Shown here one piece after another: positions 51,401 to 64,000 of a DNA stretch of 64,000 nucleotides. The translations under genes were made by a program, and so were the position numbers. The first letter of the stretch is position 1; every line of letters starts with the position of its first letter. Origin of the DNA: Camelus ferus (Eukaryota); the NCBI RefSeq assembly GCF_009834535.1, contig NC_045696.1, positions 74,898,001-74,962,000 on the forward strand, read 5' to 3'. Under the pieces are notes generated by a model that searched no databases, was not told the DNA's origin, and worked only from the letters and a program-made list of their open reading frames with translations.

Positions 51401-54399
51401 GATTTGGCCTGTCTTTCCTTTCGTGAATTATAGGTGGATGTTGATAGAGAGTGGAGATCTGTGGTCATATCCCACCATTTAGAAAACTGCAAAATGAAGT
51501 TTAAGTTATTGTGTGTATGTATGTGTATGTGTTGCAGGGAAGTGTATTGAGTCAGTTCTCCTTTTCAGATGTTACCTCCAGGAAGTTCATGAGCTTTCTG
51601 CCCTCGAGCTTGGGCAAGAGACTCTTGGTAAGATTTGAGTAAGTGCCATCAGGGGAGGGCACAGGATCCCCCCACCCAAAATCAGGAGATCATTTACTGG
51701 AGGACATCAAAGGATGTCCATTGCTTGGGGGAAGGCCTCCAGTTAATTATTACCTAGAAGCAGAGAGCAGATTGTGGTCTGATCAATCTCCTAAACTGGT
51801 GAGTGCCCTTTAATCAGTGCTTTGAAACATTTAAATTCCCATTAGACCCATTAGTTCATCTGGAAACTAATGTTTACTTGGAAATGAGCCAAATGAGAAG
51901 GGGATCCTCTGAAACAATCCCCTGGAGGAATGTGTCTTCCCTCCCCTTAAATAGAAATTGAAGCAGGATAGAGCGGAAAGTAGGAGAAAGTCAGTTGCAG
52001 TTTCTAATACATTGGCTGCTGGAACATTTCTGCATGTCTTTAAACATCATTTTAAAAGAGCTAATGGGCTGACACTGCAATATAATGACTGATAATTTCT
52101 ACATTTGAACATTTTTTTCTACTAGAGGATTAATCTTAAGAAGTTTTTTTTTTTAAATAATACTTAAGCTGGTTGGAATTTTGCAAAGCATTATTTCTCA
52201 AACAAAAATGGAATTACAGCTTTTGCTAAGCTCCACGAAGGCAGAGATTTGGGTGTCTTGTATTTGCCATTGTGTTTCCAGAGCCTAGAGCAGTGCCTGG
52301 TGTAATGCAGGCCCTCAAGCAGTCATTGATAAATGAATGAACAGATGATTTTTTGGCACTGATGTTAGTGAAAACTGATGGCCTAATAACAGGAGGAAGC
52401 AAAGATGGTGCTTATTTTTGTGTGAATGCATGCAGGCACACACACTCGCTACTTCAGTTTGACTATGTTTATGACTTTCCAGGGAAAAAGAGGCAGAATT
52501 TCTACCCTTAGGAAGATAATACATATAAATAAATAACCAGCATGAGAAAAGTTTTATAGCCGTAAAACACAAGCAATAAACTTAAAGGTCAGGTCCTAGT
52601 TCTTAAGGGCAAAAACTGGTTTTCTCCTCTTTGATTTCTGAAGAATCCTCTGACTGAGAAACGTGTAATATAGGATCTATACACAGAAGGTTCTCAAAAA
52701 AAGTGTGCAAAGGGAAACCATTGTTTCAAAGCAGTTTACCTGGAATTAGAATTTAATTCATTGCAAATCAGCACATTCTCTGCAGCATTTTTTGCCTATA
52801 GGAAATATGCTCTGCAGCAGGAAGTGTGGGGGTGAGGAGGGGCAGTTCACTGTGGTGTTCTCTGTGCGCCTCACCTGGGGCAGGACTTGGCCCCGTGGCA
52901 CGAATCAGTCCTGTAAAGAAGAGGTGAGGGCATCGAGGATGACTAACCTGGAGGAGGGGAGGTCTTTGGGGAGTTGACAGGATTGTTCTCTTCGGGTATT
53001 TGAAGGCCTAACCTGTGGCAGAAGGTGGGCCAAATGAATAACACTTCGTGGATGCTTCCAACAGGCGGATTTTGACTTGTCACATATCAGCAGAGGAGCA
53101 ACTTGATCTTCAAAACCTGGAAGACTACAAAATTGCATTCCTTTCCTGGTTTTATTTTGTCCAAGGCATTTCCATGGGGCACCTCATGTCTCCCTTTTAT
53201 TCATTCCCTTGTTTTCTCCAAGGTTCACTGTATGAGTTCCCTGATTCAGCAGGAAAACACCAGCTTTCTGTCAGCATACCTGCTTTTTGGGGAGTGATGA
53301 TTCTCTCTGGGTCGTTACATATATATTTCAAGGCTTAGGAGTCCATGGCTGCAATCAGTTAAGAGCAATATACGGTTCTACCTCTTGTCTATAAAAATGA
53401 GAACTAAGACCTGTGGTAGAACATAAGTCAATTTCAGGACTGCCTAAACCTCCACAGCATTGCTCCTAATTAGTGTCATATTGCTAAGGATTCCTCACAA
53501 ATCAATGTGAGAAATGAGTCTCTACAGACAGCTGTGTCTGCTGCCCTTGGTATTATTTGCACATTACTTTATTGTTAATATGCGTGGTATCTTGGATTAA
53601 ATATATTAGTTTTATCTTGATTTTTGTTTGGATGATAAAATATCAATTATTGGGCTATTACACATCAATCTTTTTTCCTTTAAATTCAGACCTCATCCCT
53701 TGTTTGGAAAATTCAAGTAATTTAAGAGAAGTGCTATGTCTTAGAAAGATAGACCCAGAGCAGGGATTTCTAGAAAGTGTTCCAACCTGAAATCTGCTTC
53801 TGAATCCTTACACAATCTTGAGTAAATTGCCCAACTTCTTAGCATCTCATTTTTAAATCTATAAAATAATGTTAACAAGGGAAATTTAGCATATTCTTTT
53901 TGTTGAAGGATGGAGGTATGTTTAAAAATTCTTGGCATGTCATATTAAATTGTCCCTGAAAAGAAATAGCGTTAAGATGACTGACTTTGAGTCTTGTCAT
54001 GTTGTTGTTTGGTTTTTAAAAAATCTTTATTCATACTTCAAGCTTGCTTTACAAATAGGGCTCTGTGGGACCTGGCTTTGGGGCACTCAGTGACTGAGTT
54101 TACGGAGTGAATTATGGTGAGGAAGCAGGAATCACCGTGGTGAACTTGTCCAGGGAGGGAGAGGGCTGGGATGAGCATGTGTTTAGTTTGAGGGATGACT
54201 CCCAAAATGCTAGCAAATCACAGCAGCCCATCAGTTCAGCAGTGCCCCACTACCTTGGTGTGGTGGAAATTTCAGTGTTAAGAAGCTAGGGTTTGTTCTA
54301 GCTCAGGTACCAACTAGCAACAGCCCTGAACAGGTCACTTACCCTCTGTGGGCTTTTGTGTCTTTATCTGTAAGTCTAGGGAAAGGTGGGGCTGGATCT

Positions 54400-54815
54400 G
54401 CACTGGCCAGTCCAGTAGCCACCAGCCACATGGGGGCTATTAAGATATGGCTAATGCAATTGAGGTGGAACTGACATTTTAATTTAATTTAACCTAAATG
54501 AATTTGAATTTAAATTAAATGGCTGAAGCAGTGTAAAATATTTTTTTTTAAGCATTGCTTTAAAACTTTGGTAGGTACATTTCACTTAAACCATAGAAAA
54601 TGTGTAGGGTCCTTATTGAGATACGTTGCAAATGTTAACGATACACCATATTTCAAAGACAGTGTGAAAAAGACTGTAAACTATCTCAAAAGGAGGTTTT
54701 TTTGTATTGATTACATGTTGAAATGACAGTATTTTGTTATCTCTTTTTTGCTTTCTACAATGTGACTACTAGAAAAATTTGAACTACATATATGGCTCAC
54801 ATTTGGATTGTGATG
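54400..54815. mobile_element. hAT-Charlie element (MER3/MER33-like)
   Basis: gtagccaccagccacatg...atacaccatatttcaaagac...tattgattacatgttgaaatga...aatgtgactactagaaaa. Confidence 0.8.
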
Positions 54816-57800
54816 GGCTAGATGATCTCGATTACATCTTCCAATAATAAAACCTGTTGTTCTAGGTAGCTATTGTGAAAGTTCACTTGAGTGGCTTTGA
54901 GAATGAATTTTAAAGTAGAGAGTGTGCATTATAAGCCCACTTACTAGCTGTGTGATTTGGCAAGTTTTTTTTTTTAACCTTACTGAGCCTCACTTTCCTC
55001 ATTTGAGGAATAGAGGTAAACACATCTACCTCACAAAGCTGGGGTAAAGGTTGAATGAAATAGTGTATGCAAGGTGCCAAACAGAGTCCCTGTGATCATA
55101 TTGAAATAAAATCTCCCCAACCTTCTTGTCTCTCTGATTATAGTTTTTAATACCCACGAGGACCAAAAGAGGAAACCAAGACAGGAGGGTTTTGGCACAA
55201 GCACCAGTTCTTATCAAGAACCAAGATGAGCAGAGGTCTCTGCGGTCACGGGAAACGTGGGCTTAGTTAACATGAACCAGCCATATGCAGGTTTGATCCT
55301 TGACGTGATCCGGGGGCCCACCTTCTAGCCAGGCATGCTCATGTCTGTCTCTCCCTTTGCTCTTCCCCTTTTGCCCTGACAGTCCTACTAGTTAGTTACA
55401 TAGTCCAGGCTTTTGAAGCTTCCAGCTCTCAAGAAGTAGGAATGTTGAAAGACATAATTCAGACTGTTTAGGAAAAAGGACATGTCCCCCTCCCTTCCAG
55501 TGTATCATTGTGGACCATGGATGTTCCTTGGAGGCAGGTGAGAAAAAACTCTTTGTAGCAGGTGTGAGTGCCTCTTACTTTGTGTAGGCTCCGCGTGTCC
55601 TCCCCACCACCCTAACCCCCAACAGAGGTCCCCAGACAGAAAGGTGAAACACAGAAAGGGCAAAGTCTGTACAACACTGCTTTGGGAAAGGGGGCAATCC
55701 CAAGTGTCACAGATAACAGATATGTGGCATACTGCAGTTTTATTTGACCAATATTTATTCATCGCAAATTTTTGTTTTATTTAATCAATGTTGATTATTC
55801 ATAGTGATGGAGAGATAAGTTCTGGGGTAGAAAAAACATGGATTTGAATGTGAGTCATAATACTACTGTGTATTCCAGGAAAGTTTCCTAACCTCTCTGA
55901 GTCAATTTCCTCATCTGATAATTATGTCTCATGCTGCCTGTCTCACGGGACTCTTGTAAGGATTAAGTGAGGCAATGCGTAGTGCCTGGAACATGGTGAG
56001 GGTTCAAGAAATGGTAATTATTCTTATTTTGTTCTTGTAATATTTATTTAAAGCTATTATTCAATTATTATTATTTAACAAACACATAAACTAGTCTTTT
56101 TTGAAGTAGCTTTTCATCTCTTGCGTGATTTCTGTTAGGGTGAGTTTATTTCTTTGATATCTGTGTAATATACTTTTATGCTTAAAGCAAAGAATTATAA
56201 TATAAATCAGGAAAGAAAATACTCTCACTTGTGACTTGTAACTCAGAGGGTAGTAGTTTCAGTTTTGTTGCCCCCATGGGTGATTGAAGTGGGATCCTTC
56301 TGTGGGTCCCGTGAGAGTCAACCAAGGCAGCTGAAGTCATTTGACAGCCCCTTCGGCAAGAGCAGAGATGCTCCAAAGTCTCCGAGGAACTTGGCACTGT
56401 TTCCTCTCTAGAAAATGGGGAGAAATCACTAAAGGAATTAAAAAAAAAATGTGACCAACAGTTGGTTTCACTCTTTACATCAGCCATAAAGCTGTGTATT
56501 CCTGGGAAGAAAAGGCAAAAGGAAGAATGCGCGCTTGTGGATTCTTGAGTCACCTGCCCCGTGGGCTGTTGCCCATTAAGGTTAGTGCCACACCTCACTG
56601 CTGCCCAGGATCTGTGCTTTGGGAGCTAAGAAATCTGCCTTTGATCTGATATTCTTTGCTTTCCAAAAGCACTTCCTGACACCCGGGAACGCAGCCTGCA
56701 GGAATGCCACAGGCAGCCAAACCCTGGGTCTGCTTCTCCCTTCACATGGGCGTGCTGAGGCTGTCAAGCAGGAAGGGCAGCATCATCTCATTACTTGACC
56801 AGGTTCCCACAACCCCTCACCCCTACCTTTATTCCCGCACCTGTTCCACAGAGTTACCCCTTTATAATTGTTACCAGTGGGAATATGAACACCTCTAGCA
56901 AAGTTGTAGACTCTCAGGGGCACCACTGGCATGAATGGCGCCTCCTGCGGGTGTGCGGTACCCAGCCTCAACAGCCCCTCCACAGCGGCTCTGCCTGGGG
57001 ATGGGGTGAAGTGGGAGGCTAGTAAATTGGCCTTGTACATTTTTCATCCTGGCATCTGGTAGTACGTGGTAGATGCTCAACAAAGATTTTTGGAATGAAT
57101 GACACTGGCTTTACCTTCTACTTTAAGTTGATTTGACCCATTTCCCTGATTTGTGGATCTTTTCATCTAGTCAGTTATCCTATTATCAGGAGATTCCTAC
57201 TCCATCCAGGAAAGCACTTCCGTTTTAAAGAATTTATGTTACTCATGTTTCTCGTGCAAAGAGCAAAGCTTCTAGAGGGGTGAGCCCACAGGCGGAGGAG
57301 TCGGGAGCGCGGTGCCCCGCGTCCTGTCTGCTGGGCTGCCTGGGTCTGCAGGCCTCTTTGGCCCGCGTTCCCCCCACTCTCGATGCTGAGGAACAACTCA
57401 GTGACCTTCTGGCCTCATTTTCAATGTCACAGCTGTGGCTCTGGAAAGGAAACCAAGTTTATATTTTCAGAATATAATAGCACTGAGTTTGGGGCACAGC
57501 TGCAGCAAAATCACCCAGAAACAGATACACAATATGTAAATACAGTGGGGAGGGATTGCTCCATTTTCCTAATTAGGAGTGTGGTGGTGGGGAAGGGAGT
57601 GAGATTGTGAGTGGATTACCTGTCTTGGATTCTTCTGATTGCTTGAACTCATACTTCAGTGAGGAGAAATCTAGCCCAGAGTGCCAGTGGTGCCAGGCTG
57701 GGGAAGCCTCTCCGAGTTTCTCCAGGTCAGGTGGAGAGATGGTTATGACACCATGTGTCAGGCACCGGGTGGCCTGGGAGGGTCACTGCCCCCAGGTCCT

Positions 57801-59059
57801 TTCTCCGCGCACTGCCAGCCTCACGTTCTAGGGGAGAACACATCCTCCTTATGGTTTTGAAGAAATTGAGCTGCCCAGAACTGAGTTCACCTGATCTGCT
57901 TCTTGATTACTAAAAAGGAGCATAAAGGCATGTAGAACATTCTTTTCTCCTGACAAACCCTGCCTTTCGAAATCCATTGTGCTGCTGCGGACCCCAGAGT
58001 CACATCCTTGGGTGTCAGAAACTGATTATAGAGTCCTTCTCTCTTGACCTTCCTGCTGTAAAAATCCTGTCCGCTCTTCCCTCTGCTCAGGGACCCCAGA
58101 GAGCTGTGTGTCTCCGCCTGACTAGAGAGGAGATCACACACAGGAAGACACAAAAGAGGAAAATCCATTAATATATTTTAAAACTGTCTCCTGTAATAGC
58201 AGAATTCATGTTGTGGCAAGAGGCTTCACACATCCTCAGCTTCCCAGAAGACAAAAGATACTTCATGAGAAAATGGGAAGAGACCCAGTACCAAGGGTTA
58301 GGACATGAGAATATGTTTTGCCCTCAAATTTCCCAGGCCATTGGGCTGTTGTCCTACACGTGACCCCTCACCCCACCTGCCTCAGTTTCCTCACCCAAAA
58401 TGGGAGTGTAGCAGGGCACATACCAGGTTTGTGGAATCAAGCTTTTATAATCCTCTTCCTGAGGAGCAAATGGAAATAAATTGAGCTTGTTAATAGAGGG
58501 TTAGTAAGAATTGACAGCCCATGCTATAAAACACAATTTGGAAAAGGGTAAGCAGATCGTTGAATTTGGTGCTTAGGATTCAGTCCAGGTTTAGGACTTG
58601 TGGGGTTTCCTTTTTTTTTTTTTTAACTTGCCAAGGAAATATGGCCTAGATATTTCAGCCTGGATGAACCAGATGGGGTAATCCATTAAGTTGCCAATCG
58701 TTTCTGCCCACGTGGCTGCAAAGCCAGGCACCTAATTTCGTGCTCTGGAAATAATCGTGGTGTAATACATCCTTTTAAAAGGGAGACCTGTTTCCTTGCG
58801 GCCAAAGTAACGATTTCTGATAATTTACCTTTGCCATTATTGGTGGATAGTTATTGGCTTCCATTAATAATTGGCACAAAGATTTTCTAGCCTATTTGCT
58901 CCCTCATGGACCGTTAGGCATTTAAAGTAGGTAAGCTGATGGGTACAGTGCTCTTCATCATCCTTATACGTTTGTGACTGGGTCAGGTGTTCTGTCAAGG
59001 AAAGCAGAAAACAGAAATACTTACTCTAATATACCTTCTATCTGAATGGCTTAGAAATT

Positions 59060-59690
59060 GATTCTTTTTTCCAGAGACAAATGACAGAAACTCAACTCTA
59101 TCTAGCTTCAGCAAGAAAGTGAGTTTATTGACTCATCCAACAGGGAAAAGCAGCCAGGAGTGGATTAGCTTCAGGCACAGCTGGATCTAGGGTTCAAACA
59201 TTATCATCTAGGCAACTTTCTTCCTTGTGTGTTTTACAGGCAGGTTCCCTTTGTGTCATAGGCAAGATGGGTGACAGTAGCCCTAGCCCCATACTCTCCA
59301 GCTTCACATCCCTGATTGAAAATAGGTTTCTCTTCCATTGTCCCAACATTGCCTGCTTGGGCCATGTGTTCATCTTTGAACTAGTCCCTGTGACCGGGGG
59401 CTGGTACATATGAACTGGATAGTCTGGACTGAGCTCATTCCTCCGTGTGGTGGAAATGGCAGATACTAACCCCAGAAAAAAGTTCCTTTATGTCCAGTTG
59501 GCTCTAGTTCAGTCACATGGCCATTCTTGAGTCACACACCTGACCAAGGGAATGTGGTGCTCTGATGGGCCAGGGCTGGGTCCCCTGTGTCATCTCTGGA
59601 GATAGAGAAATAGGACACGAACTGAGAGGGGGATGCCCTCAGGAAAACTGGGGCACTGGAGAGAAGTTGGCTAGCTAAAACAAAGCTATT
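59060..59690. mobile_element. Old MLT1 (J/K-like) LTR fragments
   Basis: tgacagaaactcaactc...gcttcaggcacagctggatctaggg. Confidence 0.7.
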
Positions 59691-59721
59691 AAGAGACTTC
59701 CGTAAAAGCTTACATTTATGG

Positions 59722-59862
59722 TTTTTTTTTTTTTTTTTGGAGGTGGGGTAGGTAATTAGTTTTATCTATTTATTTATTACTTTTGGTAGGGGTGTTAGGA
59801 ATTGAGTCCAGGATGCTGTGCTTGCTAGGCATGTGCTGTACCACTGAACCATACCCTCCCCA
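59722..59862 (-). mobile_element. Camelid SINE (Vic-1-like)
   Basis: poly-T, ggtaattagttttat...ggaattgagtccagga...ctaggcatgtgctgtaccactgaaccataccctcccc. Confidence 0.85.
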
Positions 59863-62800
59863 GCACTTATTGTTTTAAACCTTTGGAGGTTTTATTTGTT
59901 TTATTTTTTATGTAACACTATATGGAGACCTGAGGAAACATAAGTTTACCCTGGTTTCAAAAACCTGTATTTACAGAGTGTTTTTGATTTTACAGAGTTC
60001 TTCCACCAATCCTTAGAACAACCTCTTGGAGTTAATAACTATTCCCATTCTACGGGCGAGGAAACTAAGGTACAGAGATATCAGTTAACTGACCCCACAC
60101 CACACAGCTAGTAGTAGCCAGAGGAGGCAGCCCTCCAAGCCAGGCTGCCTCCATAGTCCTGCCTTTTCCCCTCTGCCCTGAGAGAGAGACAGGCAGACAG
60201 TCAGACAGACACTCAACGAACCCAGTTTCATCGTGAATAGGAGGAGGGCTCAGATTCAAGAGAGAGTTCAGGGGAGTAAGCAGCAGACTACAGTGACTCA
60301 CTGACAGTGGGTGGAGGGAGAGGAGGTGACTGAGCCTCCAGCTTAAGTGAGGATGGGGTGGATGCTGCTGCTGTGAGGAAAGACAGAGGTCGCAGGCCGA
60401 GATGGTGCCCAGCTTCTCAGGTACGGCCCCCCTCCACCGCCCAGTTCTTGAGCCACTTGTGATGACTCCCCAGCAAAAACCAACCCCCTTTACCCTCCGC
60501 CTCCCCTCTAAGGCTCCTTCTAGGCCTGAGATCCCGTGGTCTGGCTGGAGTTAGCTTTTATGATGGTCTGGCCTTTATGTCTTCTCTCAGTTCCTCCAGG
60601 ACTTGGGTTCCTTTGCTGCCAATTTGGATGAAGGTCTCTGTGACCCTGAGAATGAGGCCTGGTATCTGAGTGGCCAGAGTTTTAGCACATCGGTCTCCCC
60701 TGTGTAGTCCTAGCACTCCAGTGCCGCTTCAGGGCCAGCGCCACGGCTGGGCCTCGGTATCCTGCTCAACTTTCACAAGCCCCGGCTGTCCGACCTTCTG
60801 GCACGTTGGGTGGGGCCGTACCTCACGTGGACAGATATCCTTCAGTAATGGTCTGTCACCTTGACTCCTGAATATCGGCCATAGCCTGGATGTCCCAGAG
60901 CACTGCTTTGCTTGGCTATTTGTGTGGCTGGGGCCACTGGGCTTCCTCTTCCAAGACTCTTGGATGCCACTTCCCCACGTGGGTATCCCCGCCAGAGCCA
61001 TCGGGTCCCTTGTTGTTCCCCTTGCTCACCGGGCTCTCCCCACCGCGGGGCCTTTGCCCTGGCTGCCCTGCTGGCGGCCCTGCTCTGCTCCCCGGCCTGG
61101 TCGGCCTTTCCTTGCCATTCAGGTTGAGCTTTAATGTCGTGTTCCTACTCAGTGTGGCCTGCCTTCATCCCATCTCTTCCTCGATCCCCATCCCCACCCA
61201 ATTTCTCTTTCCTCATCGCACTATGTATCTGGAATTCTTTTATCTGGGTCCTTGCTTTTCATCTGTCTCCTCACTGGAGTAAGAGCTGAAAGGCAGGAAC
61301 CTCCCCCCTTAGATGCAGTGTTACACTGGAAGGCCCAGAGCAGGCCCTGCATCACAGCGGATGCTCACTGAACTACCCATGGAATGTTAGGGAATGATTC
61401 TTGATTGCCGAGCTCTCCTCACGTCTGGTCTATACTGGAGAAGAAGATGTGATGGATTTTGTGCAGGCTGAATTGGAGGGCTGTCTGCTTGGAGCTGTCC
61501 AAGTCCCTCTGCCAGAACTGTCCACCTGGTCAAGCAGACCCCTAGATTCATCTCGGAATCGTCCTCTCAGAATTCTTCCCTTGCCCTGACGCCCAAAGCA
61601 GTACTAGGCAGCCCTTCTTCCTCGCTCTGGGAGCATGTCTTTCAGCCTTTACTTACCCACCTGTCACATAGCACTGTGTGCTTGTTTGCGCACTTGTCTT
61701 TCTCCCCGATTAGACTGTGAGTTTTCTGCCAGCAGGAATTCTAAAGGGTTTGTCTTTGGATCCCTGATGTCTCATAGTGTTACAGTTCAATTCCATGGTT
61801 ATTTGTGTGGGAATATACAAGTTGGTGAGTGTGTTAGTAAGTAAGATGTCTACATCTGATATGCAAGAGATAAGTCAGGGTTAGTGACACAATAATAAAA
61901 TTAACTAATTAGTAGCCACTTACCCAAAAACCACGTCACTAGAGAAAGAAGCCTTTGAAACTTTGGCCATTCATGTGCAAAAGAGTTCACATCACCATTA
62001 TTGTGTCAAATTCCATTCATCTGAGCCACCCTCCAGTCACACGCTTCTATTCACAAGCCTGGGATGGAAATTCAAGGAGTTGTGTCCTGACCCACTGGAG
62101 ATAACTCCACAGTCATGGCTGAGACAGTCTCAGCTCTTGAACATCTCTGTTTTCATCGAACCTGAGTTACAGTCAGTAGCTCTTGAGAGACCAGCCTCAT
62201 TAGTCATAAAAGCGTCTGTGCTGGGGAGGGCACCTACCTCATCCCGCCCACTGTAGCTTAATGACTCACGACATGAGGGTTAGCCAGCTCATTCTGCTCA
62301 CTCTCAATTCATCCATGGGTTTATTCTGTACATCCCTCGGCCCACTGGGTTATCACAGATTTGAGATCCAAAGACATAATTCAATTTGTGATTTTATGTA
62401 CTGTCATCCCTGAGATGAAATTTTCATTATGAAAAAAATTAGTTGTTTATTCCCTAAGCATTTATAAATAGTGTAGTACATTGCAGACATTGTGCTAGGA
62501 CTTGAGGACAAGGATGAGTACAGTAATGTCCTTGTCTTTGAGGAGCTAATAGTCCAAAGGGCTGGTGCAAGACAGGAGGGCACATGCTTTCAGTCTGATT
62601 TGGTGGGGGCCACGGACAGTAGAAGTCTTGAGGGGGGTGAATACAAGCTGGTCAGATGAAGGATGGGGGCAAGGAGAAACAGCAAGAACACAAGATGGGA
62701 AAGTGTGGACAGGGCGTGGTGTAAGACCAAATCAGAGCAATCTCTGGGCTCTGTAGGGCACTTGAATTTTAACCTATAGAGCAGCATTTTCCAAAACATC

Positions 62801-64000
62801 TTTGAAGGAATACTTGTTCTGTGGGATGATAATTGCTCTTGCATAGTAAAAAGGGTTTCATGGTTAACCAAAATTGGTGAACATTGACTTAAAAGTCTGT
62901 ATTAATACTGTTTGGTTGGTACCTACATTTCTTAAGTGCTGTACACCATCCTGTGATGGGGAGGCAGGATGAGGGGGGAATAGTACATAGGGTCCCATGC
63001 TCATGGGACTTACAGGCCAATGAGGAAGGCAGGAGTTAAGCCAATGGCTACAAATGATTTGTTAAGCGTGTACAAGTGAGGAACATCCCAGAAGGGAGAC
63101 GGGGTTACAGGCTACAGGGTAAGAGTTAATAAGAACAAGAATTAACATTCCTTCAGCCCATGCTGTCAGCCAGACATCAGGCTAAGGACTTCACAGTCAT
63201 TATTATGTTTGAACAAAACTACCCGGGGCAATGTGTGCTGGGTGCTTTCTTCATTTCCTGATGTTGGACATGGTCACAGGGCATCTCCCAAATGCGTCTG
63301 ACCACAGGACAGTTTTTCCACAGATCGCCCTTTTAATTCTGTGGCAGTTTTGGCACAGGGAACCATGAAGCCTTCTCGACTGTGGAGGGATACAGTCAAG
63401 TTTTATTGTCCAAATGGCAGAAAACATTTACTTTGTGATCCTCACTATAAGGTAAGAATAATGTTAGTGGCCGTAGAGAGTGGCTGAGAAAATCAAATGA
63501 AACAATGTGTGAAGGGTTTACACAAACACACACACATGAATGCTTGCACACACGCACACAGCACTCAGTATAGTGCCTCGTGCAGTGTAAGCAGATAGGG
63601 TAGATCAGGACATTTTGGTCCAGGGAGCAGAAGACTGAAATTATAAAAGTGGAAATAGATCAAGATCCAGCAGAAGATAGAAGGGAAAGAAGCAAAGCAC
63701 AGGCTGAAAGTGTTTCTTGGGAAGGAAGAGGACCCCTTTTGGTGGGGGTGGGGTGCGAAGGCAGGTGGAAAATGGAGCAGCTGGTCGGGTATGGAGGTGA
63801 TGTGGCACCAGAGATATTTTGGGAGGGAGGAGGGAAGCTGAGGAAAACAAGGTAAGAAGCCTTGCTCTAAAAAAAGAGGCAGGGTGGGAATTGTATACAG
63901 TGTTTGATGTACAAAAGCCATATTTTTGGTTAAAGGAAATCAGTGCCAGTCCTCCTATCTGGATAAAAATATAGGCAGCCTCCCTGCTATGTCACCTCCC

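Noticed and set aside
30300..64000. KCNMB3 exons expected from synteny
   Set aside because: No matching peptide seen in the ORF track or by reading; probably beyond the window, though short UTR exons cannot be excluded
1..64000. CRISPR arrays, operons or prokaryotic defence-type systems
   Set aside because: Intron-containing mammalian DNA; no regularly spaced repeat-spacer structure seen

Overview
Mammalian genomic DNA, very probably a camelid (camel/alpaca/llama), judged from Vic-1-like tRNA-derived SINEs and the L1 3' ends. Two protein-coding genes lie in tandem on the minus strand. ZNF639/ZASC1 is complete: CpG-island promoter ~28.1-29.3 kb, non-coding exons, and four coding exons (58+111+135+1154 nt = 485 aa plus stop) with nine C2H2 fingers. 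Downstream of it is the 5' part of MFN1 (mitofusin-1): CpG-island promoter ~8.7-9.5 kb, non-coding exon 1 and coding exons of 112, 136 and 163 nt; the gene continues off the left edge. The right 35 kb is repeat-rich intergenic DNA (L1, L2, MIR, MaLR/ERV LTRs, hAT elements, microsatellites); by human synteny it leads toward KCNMB3/PIK3CA, but I saw no exon of those genes. I found no new multi-gene system. Most notable: a MIR-derived coding exon in ZNF639; an inverted ~146-bp copy of a neighbouring LTR segment inside a TSD-flanked L1 in MFN1 intron 2; the Thr108 switch-I residue of MFN1; and candidate GABP, ERR, E-box and CTCF sites. Exon coordinates are base-exact. Repeat boundaries and subfamily names are approximate and were assigned by eye.
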